This document shows, one piece after another, positions 58,035 through 64,000 of a DNA stretch of 64,000 nt. The stretch is taken from positions 117,864,001 through 117,928,000 of the forward strand of contig NC_087437.1 of assembly GCF_036321535.1 (NCBI RefSeq), in the 5' to 3' direction. Numbering within the stretch: the first letter of the stretch is position 1; each line of letters opens with the position of its first letter. A model generated the notes under the pieces. That model was given only the letters and a program-made list of their open reading frames with translations, had not been told where the DNA came from and did not search any database. The position numbers were made by a program, and so were the translations under genes. The DNA comes from Camelus dromedarius (lineage: Eukaryota).

Positions 58035-58180
58035 GGAGGAGAGGGTATATAGCTCAGTGGTAGAGCATGTGGTTAGAATGCATGGGGTCCTGGGTTCAAT
58101 CCCTAGTACCTCCACTAAATAAATAAATAAATCTAATTACTCCAAAAAAAAAAAAACCCTAAAATAAAATAAATCGATTA
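58035..58180 (+). mobile_element. tRNA-derived SINE (camelid Vic-1-like)
   Basis: A box TAGCTCAGTGG at 58050-58060, B box GGTTCAATCC at 58093-58102, (TAAA)n and poly-A tail, imperfect flanking repeat aagac..tgtttcag. Confidence 0.8.
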
Positions 58181-60472
58181 AGAAAGACGTTGTTTCAGAG
58201 AAATGTAAACCTTGTTTGTCTTAAACATCTTCTGAAATATTCACAGGAAGGCAGAAGGAGTTGACTGAATTTCTGTACTAATTTCAATGATCTCTGTCCA
58301 GCTCTTCATTTCTCCCTGAAACCCATCCTCAAACTGATCAGCATTTTAAAATCTAAAATAAGGACAAAGAATAGAAGCCTTTGATTAGGAGAGGACAACA
58401 AAGACCTAGGGTCTCTGGGTTCAGCCTGAACTCCCAAGATACGTGGAATTCTCAGGACAATGAGCACAGCAAAGCCAGGAGAACATCTTGACTCTGTGGT
58501 GACAGGGACCCTGCGAACCACTCCCCAACTTGCCCCTGCACCCCTCTCCACGCCAGTGTCATGCAACAGAGAACTACCCGGTGTGGAAAGATGTAAACAA
58601 GGCCCCAAGAGTAGCTGCATACACCCCAGGGAGGGGCTGTGGGGGGAACAGGGTCATGTAGACAATGTCATCAGAAATCCCTTCTGCAGTAGAAAGAAGC
58701 TGGGTTGAAACTAGGTGGAGAGATAAAGCATAGACAGACAGAGAGAGGGAGCAGATGAAGACTCAGGGACATCCTCCATCATCATCATGAAGCTGTGTGA
58801 GTAAGAACATTCCTTGGCATATTAGTCAACATCTGAACCCAAGACACATATTCTGAAGTTTTCCAAATGAGTCGTTCCTACCCTCATATGATGTCCCCAG
58901 AATGTCCTTCTGTTCCTATCTCTACAATACAGCCTGAATGGTCCACTTCGGTCTTGGCGGCACCACCGAGGTCTGAGGATCCCCGCCTTCTAACAAACAG
59001 TCTCCACTCCTGCTCCTTTTCAGCCCATTCTCCACTCAACACCCACGCAGACCCTTCAGTGTCTTGACGGAGTCCCGCTAGACCGAATTATTCATGGTGG
59101 ACACGGTGGTTCAGGTTTGGCCATCTCTCTCTCTGAGAGTCCTTCATCTGCTCTCTCCCTCCGTCCTGCCCCGGCCACACTCTATTCTTTTAGTCGCTCT
59201 ACCTGCAGGGCCCTGAACCCCAATATTTCCCTGGCTGGCACCATCCTCTGACCTCAGTTCCTGAATCAATGTTCCAGCAATGTCAGCCCACACGAACCAC
59301 ATCATGGTCACTCATGCTCAGAGCACTTGATTTTATTACATCTGTGTGAAGTTACCCTGCATGCGTCTGAGATTGCTTTAACATTTCTCCCCTCCGACTA
59401 GAACAGCAGGAGCTTGATTTGTCATCTCTATGACACAGAGCAGTGCCTGGCTATGCTATTTGAAAATATTTGTTAAAGAGATGGGTGGATGAAACACTTT
59501 ATCATGACTTGTATACAAAATGTCTCTTCTTAAGTCTGGGTAAAAAAAAAGCAAGCTAAAACTCTTCTTTTTAGATCTCAACATGAAATCTCCGTATGTA
59601 TAACACATAAAGAGTCTCCCCCACCCAGGAATGGCTATAATGTATTCTTACATGAAAAACGAGCACGCTTAAGATTTTGATGTTAATTATGCTTTCATTA
59701 TGCTCTCTGGCTTTTTCCCGCACAGCTGAGCTGTTAGATCTACAATAAGGACCACATTGTTTTCAGGAAGATTTTAAAAGCATATCTGATTTTTCATTAG
59801 TCAGAAACATATCTTTGGGCTCTTTTTTTTGGCTATTGCAATCTCAACTGAGTTAATAATAATTAAAAGAACAGACGGTTCTTTTAATAAGATGCCAAAT
59901 GGCAGCACAACACAGTGAGACTCCTATCAGCTGTGCCTGCCACCTCCAATCGACATCCGTGCTGTGTAACGAAACTGTGCTTTCTCTTAAGCAGTTTTCA
60001 TAACAGTTTCTGAAAAATTAGAGGAACACAAGATTGAAATCTAAGCTCTAAGTATATGGCACTAGAAGTGAGGTGAGCCTCTGAATGGATCTTATGTTTT
60101 TATTTTGAAAGTTAAATTAGCAGTAACTAAAATAGAAGTGGAACTAGAAAAGGATATATATGCATATAAAAGATAAGGATATGTACATATATATACACAT
60201 AGATAATCCATGATAAAACTTTAAAGCCATCAGTTTCTCTTGATTTGGATGTAGATTGGAATTTAACTCATTTCAGTGGTTCTGAGCTGCGTCTATTCTG
60301 TGATGTGATGGGTGGGTGCCTATCCGTAATTGGATGTAGGCATGAAGGAGCCATGGATACTTCTTGAGCAATTCAGTGGCCTGATAAAAATTATGGTTTT
60401 AAAACATTACGTGGAGAGCCTCACATACGAGAGAGAAAGGAGTAGGCCCTCACAGTAAGATGTCTCACCAGT

Positions 60473-60672
60473 TGTTAACGGGTTGAACTGTGTTCCCTCC
60501 AAGAATCGTAAGTTGAGTTCTAAACCCCAGGACCTCAGAATGTGACCTTATTTGGAAACAGGGTCACTGCAGATGTCATTAGTTAAGATGCGGTCATCCC
60601 GGAGTAGAGTGCGCCCTAATCCAATGGCATGGTTGTCCTTATAAAACAAGAGGAGATGTAGACACAGAGACA
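60473..60672 (+). mobile_element. MLT1 (MaLR) LTR 5' half
   Basis: gggttgaactgtgttccc...acctcagaatgtgaccttatttggaaacagggtc..tgcagatg..attagttaagatg...ccctaatccaat...gtccttataa. Confidence 0.85.
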
Positions 60673-60709
60673 TCTGGCTATTAATCCTAATCCTAATCAG
60701 AGCCGATAG

Positions 60710-60940
60710 GTATTCTGTGCTTACTGTGAGCCACCACTGCTCTAAATGCCATACGTTTTGACCCATTTAGTTCTTAACAACAACCTACAGGCAGGAACTA
60801 TTATTATTCCCATTTTTACAGACGAGAAAAGTGAGGAACAGAGGTTAAGCGACTGCATATGTTCACACAAGTAGACGCATCCAGGCCAGGACGACATCCT
60901 GGTGTTTAAGCTGAGAGCTCAGGCCCTTATCCACTGTGCT
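60710..60940. mobile_element. MIR SINE
   Basis: acaacaacctacaggcagg..ctattattattcccatttttacagacgagaaaagtgagg..cagaggttaag. Confidence 0.8.
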
Positions 60941-61599
60941 CTCTGGCCCGGGCCACACCAGAGGGGAGACGGGAAGGCCTGGGCAGAGCAGAGGAACAAC
61001 TGTAGGAACAAAAGTGACTTGCACAGAAACATATTTACACTGAAGGAGCAACAAAAACTGGCTGGGGAGAGAAGCACTCCAAGTACTGAGTCTGAAGGGC
61101 CCCTGGGGTTAGGACAGCACTGACGGAGCAGAGAGCTTGGGCGAGGATGTCTCTGTTTTGGGGGAGACAGGAGTTCAGCCCTGAACATGCTGGGTCCTTA
61201 GGGTGGATGACAGAAGTGGAGCTGGAGACAGAACTTTGGGAATCAAGCTGTGATGTCGAGGAATCACTTATGGGAACCAATGCCCAGGAATCCCCTGGGG
61301 CGGGAGTAAGGGAAGAGGCCAGAGAAAGACAGCAAGAGAGCGGAGAGCAGAGGCCCAGGAGGCGTGGAGCTCTAAACCCGGTGTGCTGGGGGGGCGGGGG
61401 GAGGACTTCAGAAAAGGATAACGCAAACATCTCAGTTCCGTGTCTTCCTGTCAGTATAACCAAGAACACAAATAGAGCCTAACAGAGCCTCAGTTTCCTT
61501 ACTGTACAATGGAGCAATAGTACCATCTTGGGAATATTGTGGGATTAAATAAGAATGTTCATGTAAGTCTCTGCTAGAGAAAGGCACACTAGAATAGCT

Positions 61600-62550
61600 G
61601 TAATCTGAAATAAAATATAATAGTAAAATATCCAACTTGCTAGGTCAATAAAAATATTAAATACCTAGGCATAAACAGCTAGTAATATAGAAAATGAGTT
61701 TAAAGAAGACTACCAATCATTACCAAAGGGAATAATGGAAGCCCTGGATAAACAGCAAAGCAGATCAAATCCCAGGATTAGACAGCTTGAAATTGAAAAA
61801 AAGTCAATTTTTCATAAATGAAATTATTTTTAATTGATTTATGATCAGAATTTATGTACAGTTTTACCAAATCAATGCAGATTAAAACAAAATGCTATTT
61901 TTCATACAGAAAATTAGAAAAAATTAAAATATTTGATAGTATGTAGTCTTGACTAGGGTGTGGGGAAGTGAATACCTACTGGTAAGTGTGTAAACTGGTG
62001 AAGCCTTTTGCTCTTTGGTGGGTAATCTATGAGCCTATTTTACATGTAAGAATTGCATACATTTTGATCTGGCCTGTCCCCTTCAAAGCCTATCCGACGG
62101 GGACATTCATACACGTGCACAGATCAATGTATGCACAAGTAGCCCACTGCAGCATTGTTTAAGAAATGAAAAACTGAAAACGAGTCCAATTGCCAATCAA
62201 GGGTGAACACATTAATAATTAGGGTGTATCCATATTATGTAGCCATTTAAAAGTAAGTTAAATCTAGGATACTCCATGGAAAGATCTCCAAGACATAACA
62301 TACAGTAATTACAGAACATTATATAATGTCATACACAAAAGACAATGAATGTGTGCACACGTGTGTGTGTGTGGGGGGGATTTCCGTATATATGTGAACA
62401 GATATCTGCCAAAACGTTAACTGTATTTGCTTCTAAAGCCATGAGTGGATTAGGAGAAGGGAAGGGGGAATTACATGTTCCATTTCATAGTCTCCTGTAC
62501 TTGAATACCCTAAAAGTGCACTACTTGTGCAGATGAAATTTACTTTGAAG
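61600..62550 (+). mobile_element. Old L1ME-like fragment
   Basis: aaatacctaggcataaa, ggtaagtgtgtaaactggt, cactgcagcattgttt, atggaaagatctccaagacata. Confidence 0.6.
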
Positions 62551-64000
62551 AAAGTGTCAGTATGTGGTGAGCATATGGACCGGACGCAGCAGGTGTAGCC
62601 CAAACTCACATGAGCCGCATGGCAGAGGGGAAGGAGACAAGTCTCCAATAGTATTTATGTTGAGAGCAAATGTGTCAAAAGACAGACTTTCGTTTTGCTT
62701 GGTTTTCAACCCGATCACATATGTGCCTGCTCACAACCAGAAGGAGAGGCTTTCAATACTTACCCTGGTCTTTGTAATCCTTCCCCTCCAAGCACCTAAC
62801 CCCAGTGCCTACGCCATCATCTAGAGGAGCTCCCGGTCTTCCTGAACTATGTTGTGACACACGACTTCACAGCTACCCGCTTTCGGTCTGCTCAGTTGTG
62901 TCAGTGTTAGCGCTGCCTTCCCCAGAGGACAGCAGCCTGTCCAAATACAAGGTGATCGCATGTTTGCCTTTCTTACCTGATGCTTCCCTGACCTGGTATG
63001 ATGCTGAATGAAGTGCCTGATGATATACATTGAATTTTCCCCGAAAAAAAAAAAAAATAGCCTCAGTACAACAAGGCATACTACCATTGGGGCCTGCCAT
63101 ATTTATGAAAATATCAAGATATCTAAGAGACAGAAAATTCCTGAAGCCCCAGCTTGGACTTTGAGCTGCTTGGAAGCCCACTTGGCCGGAAAGGGTGAGG
63201 TTACCTCTGCACATGGGGCAGGAGGTTGGACTTGATCTGCAGAGTGATTTGGCAGATAGATGTCTAAATTCTCCCAAAGCAATCTCACTCAGACATTTTC
63301 CTCATGTAAATAAAATTCTCTCAGTGGAATTCTCCTGCAGTTAAATTAGGCTCAATTATACACTGCTAATTTAAGCCTCGGTGCTCCATTCCGACTGTAT
63401 ACCTAATTACCCCATTTAGGCTGTTAATGATCAGATCAGCTCTTGAGCAGATATTTGAGTCTGTCATTAATCTTTCCTCTAGTTAGATTTCTAGTTCTTT
63501 AAAAAACTAAATCCTTGGAAAGGACAGAATTTTGTTTTTAAAGATATTATTTCAAGGAATTTTTTTAAAGAGCCAAAGAAACTTATAAAACTTGAGTTGT
63601 ATCTATTCATGTATATGATGAACAAAAAGAGTTTTGGCCCCTGACCTCTAGGAGCAAGTATTTTAGTTGGAGAGAGAGAAAAAATTAGAAAATAGACCAA
63701 AATTTTTTTTTTAATAAACTGTGAAAAAAATGTTAAAAAAATACACTGTGAAAAGTGCTTGTAAGAGGATTAAGCCAAGATGGTTGAATCCAGATGGAGA
63801 ACTGCTGTGTAGACGTGGGTGTTGGGAGGCAGGGTTTCTGTGGAGGGCGCATTTCGGACAGAGCACAGTGGATGAGAAGAGCAGGGCTGCGAAACAAAAA
63901 GAGAGAAAATGTGCAGAAGTCCTGAGTGCAGCGGCCTGGATGCCAGGATGAGGCAAAGGGACGTGGTCAAAGGTAGCTCCCCCATTTTGGGGAGGTGCTG

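Noticed and set aside
58035..58115. Possible functional tRNA gene
   Set aside because: No proper acceptor or anticodon stem, and it is followed by a SINE-type A-rich tail rather than a T-run terminator.

Overview
Mammalian (non-prokaryotic) genomic DNA lying entirely inside the DSCAM gene, which is transcribed on the minus strand. Six coding exons were mapped base-by-base with canonical AG/GT ends: 55901-56047, 48701-48979, 44952-45227, 39848-40144, 38831-39106 and 14957-15235. They correspond to exons 4-9 (second half of Ig2, then Ig3-Ig7). All are phase 1-1 and multiples of 3. The rest is intronic and full of L1, L2, MIR, MaLR/ERV LTRs, hAT DNA transposons and microsatellites. A tRNA-derived SINE resembles the camelid Vic-1 type, so the source is probably alpaca, llama or camel (inference). 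Nearly all other ORFs in the track are spurious. No clearly new biological system is demonstrable. The best leads are: (1) a TSD-bounded 3 kb L1 that keeps its 5'UTR and ORF1 but lacks almost all of ORF2, at a junction resembling a splice; (2) inverted young L1 ends bracketing exons 5-9, where any back-spliced circle would be a stop-free ORF; (3) exon 7 with a weak donor, a stronger-looking out-of-frame donor 7 nt upstream, and a hairpin over its branch region; (4) a pure (CA)48 just after the exon 9 donor; (5) an orphan CpG island in intron 8; (6) an exact 116-bp tandem duplication. Repeat family names and comparisons with human or mouse DSCAM are from memory, not from searches. Boundaries of old repeats are approximate.
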